Source: Setoptus koraiensis
Taxonomy: Eukaryota > Animalia > Arthropoda
Assembly (NCBI GenBank): GCA_048013815.1
Contig: CM106586.1
Span: 11,408,001 to 11,472,000 of the forward strand
Direction of reading: 5' to 3'
Length of the DNA: 64,000 bases
Positions 49,361-62,466 of the stretch are shown piece by piece. The notes under the pieces are model-generated. The model saw nothing but the letters and a program-made list of their open reading frames with translations, ran no database searches and was not told where the DNA came from. Position 1 is the stretch's first letter; each line of letters begins with the position of its first letter. The translations under genes and the position numbers were made by a program.

Positions 49361-51208
49361 CTGTTGTTGTTGTTGTTGTTGCTGTTGCGAAGCATAAAAT
49401 TGTTTCTGCATCTGATACATGGGATGGTCAAGCAGGCCGCTCAGACTCACGACACCGGCGCCACTTCCGGTTGAGAGGGCATTGTGGGGGTCAGTCAACG
49501 ACGACAACGCTGTTAACTGTTGGCTAGTTGAGGGTGCGCCCGTTAGGGCTATAGCGCCGGCGTTGTTATTATTGTTGCCGGCGGCGGCGGCGGCGATGGT
49601 GCTGTTGACGGGACTGGCGCTACTGGTGGGCGTGTTGAGCGCGGACGACGCCGTTGAGGTGGGTACAATCCTTTCGTTGTTGTTGTTGTTGTTGTTGTTG
49701 TTGCTATAATTGTTATTACTACTACTACTCTGGTTGTTGCTGGCGTTGTAATTAGTTGGTTCGTTTACTAATGAGGTAAGCTTGTTGTTGCCATTACTGG
49801 CAGCAGCTGACTGGCTGTTGATTGGCGTTGGTTGTTGTTGACTGTTGTTGTTGGTTGTGTTGTTGTTGTTGGTGTTGTTGGTGGTGATGTTGTTGTTGCT
49901 GCTACTGTTTGGTGTGGTGGGCGGCGACGAGGGGGGCCGCTGCAAATAGATGCTACCCGAGGTGGGCGTGGTGGCGGTGGTGTTATTGGCGCCGGCGAGC
50001 GGTTGATTGACGGGTAATGTGGGCGAGGGCGCCGACGACGACGAGTGGCTACTTCCGCTGTTGGTGTGTTGCGACACTTGAATGCCGTGCTTGTTTGCCT
50101 TGTGTGTCCTGAGAAAGTATTTATTACATAACTGTCTATTGCACAGCTCGCAGTAGGCTTCGAGATTGAACACGCCATTGTATTCGCCAGATGGGGCCAC
50201 CTGATGCGACGCACCATTTTGGGCCGACTGATTGGGGCCCGCGTTGCTGTTGCTGCCATTGCCAGTGCCAGTGCCATTGTTGTTGTTGTTGTTGCCGTTG
50301 GCCCCGTTGAGCAGCTCGCTCAAGGGCAACAGAGCCGCGCTGGGGCACCCGTTGGAATTTGCAACAATCTGTTGGTGTTGGCTGTGCGCCGAGTTGGGGC
50401 CGGCCGTTGGCGGATAATTGGCGAGGCCCGCCGCGGCAGCGGCTGACAGTTGCTGCTGCTGTTGCTGCAAGTGCCTGTGGTGTTGACTAGTGAATAGGAC
50501 GGCGGCTTGCGCCACCGCCAAGCTATTCAGGGGATGATATGCGGCTGGCGTCGCCGAGATGGCGCTGCCGAGCTGCGGCTGCTGCTGCTGGCTTAATTGT
50601 TGTCTAATTGTTGCCGCCAGCCCGGCGCCCCCCAGGCCCCTTTCGAGGGCACTCTGGGCGACGAAATTGGCCGCCAGGAGGGTGGCGTGTTGCTGTTGTT
50701 GTTGTTGTTGTTGATCGTGCAACGAGGCCGTTTGCTGCTGTCGGGCCATTTGTTCGCCGGCCGCGGCTGCCGCAACCGCGGCCGCAATGGCCGCCTTAAA
50801 CTGCAGCTCAAAGTCGGTGCGGGACAGCGCCGCGCCGCTCTGCGGGTTGGTCAGCGGGGGCGACTTGAGGCCCGACTGGTCGTCGGGATGCTGATGATAT
50901 TGCTGCTGCTGTTGTTGCTGTTGTTGTTGTTGCTGCTGTTGTTGTTGCTGTTGTCTAATCATGTATAGGTGCTGGTTGAGGTGGTCGAAATCGAGCGCGT
51001 GACTCGGGTGCTGGGGTACGCGCATATCGTCGGCCGCCAGGGGAGAATTGCTGTTTGAATTGGTGGCGCCACTGAAGGAATTTTCGCAATCGCTCACTTC
51101 GTCGTCGCCGTCGCCGTTGTCGTTGTCGTAATAATTGTCTAGACGGGCCATTTTGGGCGAGTTGCTGTCCACTCGCAACGGATTGGCTTGTTTGCGCTTG
51201 TTTGACAT
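47825..51208 (-). CDS. Large C2H2 zinc-finger transcription factor (1127 aa) with four dispersed fingers and polyQ/N/A tracts
   Basis: Fingers CELCNRQLCNKYFLRTHKANKH, CNICNKELCNKYFMKTHMLKMH, CDICQKELCSKYFLKVHKSNTH and CPICDRRFKSIKWLNSHMMNDH; N-terminal basic KRKQANP. The ORF end overlaps a GTATGT donor-like site, so further 3' exons are possible. Confidence 0.9.
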
Positions 51209-53533
51209 GTCTATATAATTGTTTATAATTATGATAATGTGACTACAATTACAATAATATAACTATAATTTATAACTTTTAATTGTTGTGTACTTCTTGC
51301 TTGCAAATTGATAAAGATAATAAAAAGAGAGGGAAAAATTTTGATTTTCGTTTCGACGGCCGGACGCTCTCGAATGGGTTGTGGCCAGAGCGAGAGAGCT
51401 TGCCCGGACCGAGTTGCTTATAAGTATAAATGTGCGATCATATATCTATGATGTGAAAACTATGTATGTATAATAACGCGCAAATCTGCATATCTGTAGA
51501 AAAATTTTGATTTTAAGCTCATAGCTTCACGATGGGGTGCCGTCTACATAATACGATAATAATCACCATCAATAATTACAACACATGTAGTAATTATCAA
51601 CGTTATTATGCAATAGCTTCAATAGGAGGCTACATATAGCGTGCGTACAGTGCGTATATGTCGCCTACTACGATGGCGATGTTTGAAATGTTGTTGTTGT
51701 CGTCGCGGTTGTCGCCGGAATCAAATCAAACCGAGTGTTCGATTGCCTTGATCCGACTTGTTGTTTTGATTTTGATTTGTTGTTTTGATTTTGATTTGTT
51801 GCTCGTGTATTTTGATTGGTTGTGATGGTTACATGGGTTGCTTGTTTTGCTTGCTGTCGCGCTGACAGTTATCACTAGTTACGGTTACCATTCATAAGTT
51901 GGCCTTTTATACGTATATATTTATATGTATCGGATATATATATATCACTGCGTGTGTTGTTGCTGTTGTTGCTGTTGGGTGAATATGATGATGATAATTT
52001 ATAATGCGACTCGATGTGCTCATTTGATTGGTATCTCGTTTCATTGGCATGAGCGCGCGTGCGTGTGTGTATTATAATTAATAATGATGATAATTTTTTT
52101 CAATTTATATTTGTATTATCTCTACAATAATTGAACGTCGCACACCAAGCCAAGATGACGATCATCTCCTTGTCTGCGACTGTGTGTGTGTGTGTGTGTG
52201 TCTTTTGAGAGCTTGCTGGTAAAAAATTTGATTAATTTGATTAGTGACAATGCTAATAATAATGTAAAATGTCGATGATGATACAAATAATGGCGCCGAT
52301 AGTGCTGACTAATCGCAACTCTCTCTCTCTCTGTCTGTGTGCGAGTGGCTGTTGTCGGTGTCGCTGTCGGTGTCGCTGTTGTGGCTGTTGTCGCTGTTGA
52401 ATTGACAGACAAAATGTAGATTGAAATGTGGAGAATGGATAATGGAGAATTGACAGCGAGCTAGCGAAGGCAGCAAATTTGAGATGGAAATGGAAAGAGA
52501 AATAAAACAATCGTTTTGTTTATCCTCTGCTCGGCGTCAGCTGCTGCCGCTGTGGTGTCGCTGTCGATGCTTCTAATCGAATCTATTAATATTTAATGCA
52601 GACGACAAAAAATGTGTAAACTCCGACGATTTTCTCTCAATGGCTCCTCTACTGGCTACAATGGAAGCTCTACAACAGGCTCTATGGCAACCGCATTAGA
52701 GCTTGCTGACAGTGACGTTGTGCATCCTCATTATTGCCAATACTAATTTACCTCTTTCTTTCATCATCATCATCATCGCCATCATCATCAGCGTATCATC
52801 ATCAGTGTGTAGTCGTCGTCATGAGCGTTGGAGTTTCATTATTTCATTATTGAATTCATTCTGTCTCGTTCTATTTCAATGGTGGTGGTGGTCGTCGTCG
52901 CTCTTTTCATTCATTATAATTAGTAATCAAGCAGCGTTGCTAATAAACAACAATGTCGCAAATTGTATATATACACTATTGGCGTGCCAATACTGCCGTG
53001 TGTGTGTGTGTGTGTACCAATAGTGTGTTTTTCATGTGTCGTTTTTTATCTATCCGTGTCTCGTATTTTGTGTGAGTGTGTGTGTGTGTGTGTATTTCTA
53101 GGTTACGACGTCGACAACAACAACAACGACACCACCACGACGCTCCACATACAAACGGCTCGTTACAGGTAGCTGACGTTGGTTTCAAAGTGAAAGTGAA
53201 AGTGAAACAGTGCTGACACACTAACTAGTTAATTATGGGCGCGCATGTTGCCCTCTATCCAAATGTTTGTTGTGTTGTAAATCGATTGATTATTGAGCTC
53301 TAATTTAACTATTATTAGCTATTTGCCATTTTTCGCTTCACGCTCATTTTTCCCTCTGTCTGTCTAGCTATTGTTGTCATGCACACACACACACACACCG
53401 ACGCCCGCTGATTATATATGCAAATAAATTAATTAATAACTTGTGTCGTGCTCGTTTCGGCAGCACTCTTTTTGCCTCCTTTATAACGGCGCGTGACACT
53501 GACTGATTGATGAGCACCCTTGTGGTGTCTCAA

Positions 53534-53608
53534 TGTTCTGGTGTTCTGGTGTTCTGGTGTTCTGGTGTTCTGGTGTTTTAGTGTTCTGGTGTTCTGGCGG
53601 TCTGGTGT
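53534..53608. repeat. 8-bp tandem repeat TGTTCTGG, about 9 copies
   Basis: Directly visible. Confidence 0.9.
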
Positions 53609-55788
53609 TTTCGGTGTCTCGGTGTTTGGGTTTTCTTGTTTGTGGGTTTTCTTGCTTGTGTTATTTGTCGGTGTTGGGGTTTTGGCGTGTGTTTTGCTAT
53701 TTCGGCGTTTCGCAAATTCGCTCTCGGGCTCTCGGGCTCTTGGGCGCTCGGGCTGTCGGGTTATTGTCGTGTGTCTGGGTTTTGTTGCACGTCGGCGTCT
53801 GGCTGGTTTTTGTACGTGTCGGGCAGCCGCGTGCAAAGGTCGCAGATGCTTGATTAACGCGCGCGCCTCATTGGCAAACTTGACTGGTGGGTGTCGCGCA
53901 CAACAAATCGCATCTACAAACAAACCAAATATCTAAATATCGGCGGGGGCCGCACAAACTCGCAAATGGCCAAGACGACAGCCACGACTAACAGTGAGCT
54001 GAGTTGCGTTTGGGGGCCACAGCGACGCGCCGACAACAACAACAACAGCAGCAGCAGCCACCCAAACAACTGGTTCCAATAGTAGACACACGCCAAGAGG
54101 GGGAAAGCAGCTGCCCAGCAAAAAAGTGCTGCTGCTTGCGCAATGTTCAACGCGTGCTATACGCGTGCTATACTCGTGCTATATGCGCTCTATGCGCTGG
54201 CAAGAAATGACGCACACGCAATGGTAATGGCTCATTTTCTAATTTTTTCATTCAAATTATTCCCTCCTTTGGCCAACTTGGTCGCGCTGCTTTCCCCCCT
54301 CCCACCGCACGAGCCACTCGCAAAGAGCTCTCACAAGAGTCGCCGTCGACATTATGTAACGCCCTTGCCTTACTTGGGACTGGCCGCACTGTGCCACGAG
54401 CACAAGTATTGAGAGACACACGCACAAACACGCACATTAAATCAACATTGTTGTTGTTGTTGTTGCTGTTGCTGTTGTTGCTGATGTTGCTGTTGCAAAC
54501 TAAAACGACGGGGGAAAGCAGCCAACGTGTGCGCCTCAATTTTGTGTACCTAGCTGTGCGCTGTGCCGCCAGCCCTGGTCAGCACTGGTCAGTGTGTGTG
54601 TGTGTGCGCGATAGAACACGCGCAAAGCGGAGTGGAATGATATAAAATGGGGGAAGCAAGTAAAATGAAATTTTTCAGTGAAGTAAAAAGGAGAAGCACT
54701 ACCACTGCCCATTCAACTTGCACAACAACTTACACACAACAACTGGCGCACACACACACACACGCACACACACACAAACACACGCACACGTACACACACA
54801 CACACACACTCACACGCACACTGTGCTGACCAGTGGTCAGCACAGTTCCTTCCCCCAAGCCCGTTGTTAGCAGTGAGAGAGGGAGAGCGAGAGTTTTAGT
54901 TTCGAAGATTAAAATGAATAGGACACACGAACGGGCCCCGCAGGGGGAAGGCAGCGGGCGCGCAACGGGGGAAAGCATTTGGGGGCCCATTGGAGAGGGA
55001 GGCAGGGAGCCCAGTAAACAAGTCGCGCGCGCCAGCGACTCGGAGGCGAGAATTGAAAAAGTGAAACTTTTCAGTACTTTAAGCTGCTGCCGCTGCCGAT
55101 GTTGGCGTTGTTGTTGGCGCTGTTGTTGGCGTTGTTGTTGGCGTTGTTGTTGACGCTGTTGTTGGCGCTGTTGTGCAACGGCCACGAGTCGTGCACGTCG
55201 CCGCTGTCAGTGGCGCATAGCGACCAGCCAATAGCGCGCAAAAGATCGCTATGCGCAGTAGTGTTTTGTTGTTGTTTATTGTTGTTGTTGTTGTTGTTGT
55301 TGTCGCTGTTGTTGTCGTTGTTGTTGCTGCTGCTGTTGTTGTTGCCCGTTTTTCTTTTCTTTGCACTCCCTCCCCCCCTCGCTCCCGACGCACACACACA
55401 CACACGCACACACACACTTTGCTGTCATTGCACGCGCACGCTTGACCACTCATATGCAACTCGATATGACGCAACGACGGCCAGTTAGTTTAATAGTGCC
55501 GGTATATCGCTCTTGTTGTTTGCGCCATTGTGGAGCATGCGCACAAGTGGCTGGCGCAAGCAAGAGTTCAGTCACTCTTTCTTTTTATCGGCCTGCGCCC
55601 CTCGGCCCCCTTTGCCCGTTAGAGTCGGACAACAGCCGCCAGCGGCAACAATGACCACGACAACACCCTCACCTCGCTGGCCGTAGTCCGAGCGCGCTCA
55701 AGGCGCCCTCTCGCCCCATCGGTTGGCGTTTGTTGCAACTTGCAAGTGCTAATTTGAATCGTTCGGCCCCCGGGCCTTGCGCCACCAC

Positions 55789-55920
55789 CGGGCACCGGGT
55801 CTCCGTCGGGCATCGGGCCTCCGTCGGGCATCAAGTCTCCGTCGGGCTTTGGGTCTCCGTCGGGCTTCGGGTGTAGGTCGGGTATCGGGTCTCCACAGGG
55901 CATCGGGTCCGCGTCGGGTA
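55789..55920. repeat. 18-bp degenerate tandem repeat CGGGCATCGGGTCTCCGT, about 7 copies
   Basis: Directly visible. Confidence 0.88.
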
Positions 55921-56303
55921 GTGGGAGGCCCCGTGTGCAACGCGGCGGGTATCTGAAGACCCGCCGCGGGTTGGATTGGTCAGCGCGGTTGCTGCGCGAC
56001 AGACACGCCCGACTCTTGAAGAATTTTTAATATTGGCGCCTCTCGCCATGGCCGCGCCAAAGCCAGCGCTGGCAACAAAGCCATTTATTAATGATGCAGC
56101 TTCGCGCCGGCCTAAAAGACTTGAGCTTGTCAAGTTGCTTTTTGCAAACTTTAGGGGCCCCCGTTTGGCCACATGGCCCTGTTTTTATGGAGGGGTCGCG
56201 CGTTTTGAGGCTCCAGCAGGGCTCATAAACTGGCCAGAGTCCCTGCGTCCCCCCCCCTAAATAGACGACGGCTAAATAGACGTGGGCTAACTAGACGCTA
56301 GGC

Positions 56304-56395
56304 GCCCCAACTGGCCATTTTTGGCAGCGCCAACTGGCCGGTTTCGGCAGTGCCAAACGGTCCGTTTCGGCAGCGCCGAACTGGCCAGTTGGGGC
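56304..56395. repeat. ~23-bp tandem array bounded by perfect 14-bp inverted repeats
   Basis: GCCCCAACTGGCCA (56304-56317) and TGGCCAGTTGGGGC (56382-56395) enclose CCAACTGGCC...GGCAG(C/T)G units. Confidence 0.8.
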
Positions 56396-58490
56396 ATCGC
56401 GTCGCATCGTCGCAGCCTGAATCCGCGGCTCGCCTAATGACATCATAACTTAGAATTTAATGGAATTTTGTTCTTTTGTCATCGCTGGCTTCTTCTTTTT
56501 GTTGTGTGTGTGTGTGTTTGTACGCGTTCGCGCTGGCCCCTGTCAGTGGCGCTGGCGCCCACTCATTTATCCGTGCGCCTGGCGGCGGCCAGCGCCAACG
56601 GCAGCGCACACCGAGTGGGGCCCACAGCAGCAGCAGCAGCAGCAGTGGCAGCAATTTTGGGATTGGCGCTGGTCAGCAGTGAGTGGTGCAAGTTCAATTT
56701 GGCGGCTGGCGATTTAGCGCTCTCTCAATGATGTCGAGCGCGACTTATTATAAATGTGCCAAGCACCGTCGGCCAGGTCCGGTTTATGGGGGCCCGGCTG
56801 TGTGGCGGCGAGCGAGGCTCACTTTTCAGTTTTGGGGCTTCCATTCTGGGCAGTCGTTTTTGGGCGCACGCTTTTTTCGCGGCGCAATCTTGCATCTCGT
56901 TAGCGCGCGCCGCATTGAGCCAACAAATTCAGCCAGCGAATTTCGCCAGTCCCGTTATGCGCCCAGCCGAAGTGGGCCAACGCGAGCGGCTCGAACAAGC
57001 GGCTCGATTGGGGCCCGTCGGTGCACAGCGCCAGCAGCAGTTAAATGGCGTGGATTGCACACAAGCACCCGCACACACACACACACACACACTCACACAC
57101 TCGCACACACACACACTCACACACACACACTCACACACACAAAGGCTGCACCATTATAAAGAAAATTAAAATTGGCCTATGGTCAAGCCGCCAGGAGGCG
57201 CCCGGCGCGCGCGGGCCCCAGCCTGGCGCGCGATTAGTTATTGCGGCGCGAAGCACCATAAAACGGGATAAGGCACACGTAGACTGTGCGCCGTAGAGCG
57301 GCGGCCAGAGCTAACGGAAACAGTGCGTTCAATGTTCAGTTTTCATTTCATCAAATCTCTTTTTCGAAGCTGCTCCGGCGCTTGTGTGCGTGTGCGTTTG
57401 TAGCTGGCACACGCACACGCACACACGTCGGCCCAAAGTAATTCAAATCGAGAGCGAGAGCCAACACGGCCAAACGGGCACTTGGAGGGGCTCTTGGGGC
57501 CCGTTTGCTAATGACCATCAAGTGAGGTGCTGGCGCTTGCAAAAAACGGGACGAAACAGCAAAAAGATTAGAGCTGGCGAGTTGTTTTCGGGGCGCCGAG
57601 AACGGGGGCCAGAGCGAAGGCGACGGCGAAAACGAAAGCGAAAACAAGCAACAAAAACGACAACAACGGCCAATATAAACTTGAGAGGAGCCCGGCGAGC
57701 AATCTTGATTATAATTTGAGAGAATGTTGTTGTCGTTGTTGTTGTTGCTGTCGTTGTTGTTGTTGCTGTTGTCGTTGTTGTTGTTGTTGCTGTCGTTGTT
57801 GTTGTTGCTGCTGCGCCCGCTCGCACTCCGCTGCTGGCATTCTCAATTTGGCCGAAATGATGGCCTGGCCCCCGTGCACTTATGCTCGAGCGAGCGGCCA
57901 GTTTGTGTAAAAAGAACAGGCAAACAGTTCGCGCTCCACCGACGGCGCCCACCGACGCCAGCTCCTCCACTGCCGACACTGTCTAACAATGTGCAAACTC
58001 GCCAGGGACGCCGCCCGTTGCAACTTGCGCCCGCTCGGACAGCCGCGCTGCCGCACTAACTGCGCTGTCCGACGATACTTATTGCGTCATAATGGTTGCA
58101 CACCATTGTATACTATTGTATACTGTTGTATACTGTTGTATTACGTAATACTGTGGCTCTGTTGTGCTGCCGTGCTTGCCGCTGTGATTGCGGCGCCAAA
58201 GGGTCGCCACGGTGCTGTGTGGCGCGCGCAAGCGGCGGGCCGCCGAAAACAAGCCGCGTGGGCGCCTCAGAGTTTAGAGTAGTAGTCCGTTTGATGGTGC
58301 GGCTCTGACCGGTGCGCGTGTTTGCCCGTCGCGGTGACCGCCGCAAACGCCGGCGCAATCGGCGAGCGAATTTAAAACGCTTTAAAACGCTCGCCGTTCG
58401 GCCGGCGGTCTTGCGAACGCGCAAATCGGACGAGTGCGGCCGAAAGTCCGCGCGCTGAACCGCTGGCCATACGGCGCGCAAGGACGCGCT

Positions 58491-58582
58491 GCGATACCGC
58501 GGATATCGCTGGTCGCGGGTATCGCTCGTTGTCGCGGATATTGCTCGTTGTCGCGGGTATCGCTCGTTGTCGCGGGTATCGC
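58491..58582. repeat. 19-bp tandem repeat CGCGGGTATCGCTCGTTGT, about 4 copies, preceded by an inverted partial unit
   Basis: Directly visible; GCGATACCGCG at 58491 resembles the reverse complement of the unit core. Confidence 0.85.
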
Positions 58583-59751
58583 CGAGCGGCGACCGAGGAG
58601 CGGCGACGCCGAGAACACGGCAGGCATCGAGCCGACAGCAAGACGAGGCGCAACTTGGAATTGGCCGCCAACAATGGCCAACTCGAACATTAAACGGCGG
58701 CTCGTCGGGAGCATCATCATGTAACAAATAAATCAACGACTGCCGACTAATTAGCACAACATACGCAACGCAGCGTGCATAGTGGCTCATATTATGTTGT
58801 TGCGGTTGTGGTTGTCGCGGTTGTTGTTGTGGTTGTCGCGGTTGTTGTCGGCGCTGTTGCGGTTGTTGCGGTTGTGTTACTGGCGCTAGATTAGGCAGCG
58901 GTATCAGCAATAATCTACGATAATGGCGCCGCCGGAGGACGCAACAATAAGCTCAAATGTTCAAATGTTCAACAGAGCGACGGCACGAACAACAACAAGT
59001 TGAAAATGAAAGATTTTTATTATGATGTTGTAAATGCAACTGCAATTGTGCAATTGTTGGCCCATTGTAGTTAATGCAAGCAGTCACTTTACAAGTGCCA
59101 TTTTTTACTTTACTTTATTTTAGTTTTGTTGTTTGTTTTTATTTTCCATTTCGTGGTTTGGACTTGGTGCGACTTCATTTTAATAGTTTGCCATAGTATC
59201 AAATGTCACACTAAGATGTCAGATAATGGTGCCCGGTTGTCGTGGCAACCACGTTATTATTATAAATAGTAAAGTAAAAAGTAAAAATAAAATTCTAAAT
59301 AAAGAGACACAGCGAGAACAAATAAAATGGACTAGTCTATTGAAAAGTTATCAAGTGCGTTTATTTGCATTGTGACACACACACTGTGTGATGAACTTTA
59401 GTAATTAGCACTCATTGCCGCTGCTTATGTCATGTCAGACATGGCAATATAAACGATTGTTGTTAATTTGCTTGATAATTTGTTTGTCGCTTGTTGTTTT
59501 TTGTCGCGGCTGGCCGACTATTACAATTAGATGCCGATAAAGTGGCTGCGAAATGGCGAAATGGCGAAATGCTCGAATGGCAAAATGGCGAAATGGCGAA
59601 ACGATAAAGAGCCTAGAAGGAACTGAGCCTGCACCAGCCTCGTTGGACCTCATGATATGATGATGATTTTAATTTTATCTAATCTCACTACCTCTATCGC
59701 TTATCGCTTATTGGTATTAATAATTAATTAATTTGTTAATTACAGCGCCTA

Positions 59752-59788
<37 letters not shown>

Positions 59789-62466
59789 AGCCAGTCGCAA
59801 GTATTGTGGAAGTTACAACAAAAGTTGCCAGTTGTAGCTGGAACTCAAGAGAGCGACAGAAGGTTATGACAACAATGCAGACATTGCAAACAGGCTAGAT
59901 ATTTATATGAGAGATCGTCGTCTATTCGCGCTGTTTAAACGGCGATATACGACGCGATCTATACGCTTTGTATCATGTTTGTGTGGTGGACTAGATAGCA
60001 GCAGCAGCAGAGAGAGCCAGTGTAAGTGTAATTGTTGTTTCAATTGGAAACTTTGTTATTATCCAATAATTTACACAAACAATATATATATCGTCAACAT
60101 TTATAGATATTTAGCACACGCACACACACACTAGTCTACACTATTCTGTTCGCCATTGTTGTTATTATCTAATACATGCCAGTTTCATAGACTAACTAAG
60201 CAAAGTATCAAAAGTTGTCAAGTTTCAGCTAGATTGGTCGCCGTCGCCTTAGTCGTCGCCATAGTGGTGCTGATGGTGGTGGTGCTGCTTGTCATTGTCG
60301 CTGGCAATCATTAGTGTAAAGAGTCATTAGTGGTAAGTCATTTAGTCATTTAGCAGTTTTACATCATGAGTGGAGCTCGTGCAAAATAATAAAATAAAAA
60401 CGAGACAACAGATTCATCAATGTTGTTGATCGCTAAGAGATGAACCACCGTTTGGTTCCCATCATGACTAAGACTAGACTGTTTGTTGTTCTATATCTAT
60501 TCATCTCAGCATATCTCAATCAGTATTGTTGTGTGTGTCTCGTCTTGTTGAGCAACTTAGGTGGTGATGATATTACTATTATTAATTGAATTTCAATTCA
60601 AAATGTATAAGTTAGATAATAATTGACACTATCTAACTACCAACTTATCTGTTGTTGTTGCTTTCTATTACGTAATAGTTATGAATTTTCAACATCCATC
60701 AAATGGCAATGCTATTGCATACAGTTTATAGTATCATAGTGCTAGTATAAGTATAAGCAGTAGTTGTAGCATTAGTAGTAGTAGTAGTATTATTATTTGG
60801 TAGTAGTAATAAGAAAACAACAAATTTGAGAGCTGAGATTCTACTTTCATCACACATCTTCTTCTTCTTTCTCTTACTTTGTCTCTGATGTGATCATGTG
60901 AACACAAGCAGATACACACACACACAAAATAGTAAAAATAGCAATGGCACTCATCTATCGCCTATCTATAAATATTATTATTATTATTATTTATATGATT
61001 TAATTTCAATACTCTAATAACACCATTGAATAGTGTCTATCCAATGCGTGTGTGTATAAACGTTTCAAGTGTTTCAAGTGTCTTGGAAGGCACATTTGAA
61101 ATATACGGCGAGTTGAGATAGTTTAATTTCAAGTATATCCTAGTGTTTGTTTGGTGCCATTGGTCACATTTTATGTGCGCTGTTGTATAATTAAACAAAC
61201 ACAACACCATGATGTAACATGACTTAACAACAACACAGCTAATGGCCTTTATTTTCACTTGGCGCTTATAACTCTCATCTCTTGAATCTCTTCATTTTGT
61301 GTCAAATCCAGCCAGTTAATTGGCCAGATCAGGCCTAACTAACTTCCTCTCTGACAGATCTCGTTATTCGTGCAAGCGCTGCCGTTGCTGCCAATGTGTC
61401 GGGCATGTTTACATCGTGATCTAGCCAGTGTGGCCAGTGTGGCTACAATTGTGCAAGTGTGTAATTATGACGAGTGTCCAACTGAGCGATGACTAATTGA
61501 TCGGATTTGATATTCTGGCGACACGCCGAACGGTTGGCGGTGCCGGTTGCGTTTTATGCAAAACTCCTGCCGACAATGACTGTCGATTGGGCGAAGGGAG
61601 CAACAGAAGTGAGCGAGCGGGGGAGAGAGAGATGATCTCACAATCACAATTCTCACAAGTCTGTCAATCAAATTCACCGGTCCAGCCGAAGATTCTCGAG
61701 TCGAGGTCGAGAATCTCGACTGGCTCGAATCGTCTGACCGCGACCGTCGGCGCCGATTCAAAGCCGCCCGCACTGAGCCAATTGGGCCAATTGCCAATTG
61801 GCCGACAACGAGAGCCTGAGAAGCCGCTGCGGGCAAAATAAATGAGATAAATAAATGAGATAAATCCGCAACAATGACAAGTGCAAAACTGATGAACGTT
61901 GTAATTTAGATCAATTGCAAACAATCAAACGGCAAGCTAGGTGACACTCCGGCAACGCCAGCGGCCCCTCTTGGGCGTGTCGCAAACTAACGTTCACGAT
62001 AAAAGTATTGTGCACTCACGATGCACCCAACTGCGTTCCTGGGAGATAACAGGAAACAGCGAGGGAGAGCGCTCCCGCGACATGGGAGACCACATGTGTG
62101 TGTGTGTGTGTGTGTGCGTGAAGACGATCGCGGCCTTTGTTGTTGTTGTTGTGCTGCAGTATGATTATTGTCCAGCAACAACAATCATACTGCTGGCTGG
62201 TCTTGCGGCTGAAATACGCACTTTTATATATTATCAACAAATTGCATCTAGCCGCAGAAAAAAAAAACCAGGAATGTCGAGATTATGACTCACACCAACA
62301 AATTGTCACCACCAACTAGTAGCCTTATTATCACGCTAGACTCACCAGAAACAGAAATTGCCATTTATTCAGTGTTACTATTACATTCTCATCTTCATTA
62401 CAGCTACAAATAGACGACAAACAGCCGTTGCATCTAAGAGAAAATTATCCTCCAGCTCCCACTGTC

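Noticed and set aside
47923-50968. Antisense and frame-shifted poly-Leu/Val/Cys ORFs over the zinc-finger gene (also over the mucin gene)
   Set aside because: They are shadows of CAA/CAG/AAC tracts in the real ORFs.
30198-58582. Short repeat arrays as possible CRISPR arrays
   Set aside because: The units are contiguous with no unique spacers, there are no cas genes, and the context is intron-containing eukaryotic DNA.
61691-61715. 9-bp inverted repeat GATTCTCGA...TCGAGAATC and nearby CCAATTGG palindromes upstream of the Smad
   Set aside because: Short enough to belong to the general palindrome background; no independent support for function.
51300-62300. ORFs such as 53429-53923, 54730-55185, 55619-55903 (PDGDP repeats) and 58113-58910
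   Set aside because: They are translations of microsatellites and tandem repeats; neighbouring repeat units are often not multiples of 3, so there is no sign of coding constraint.
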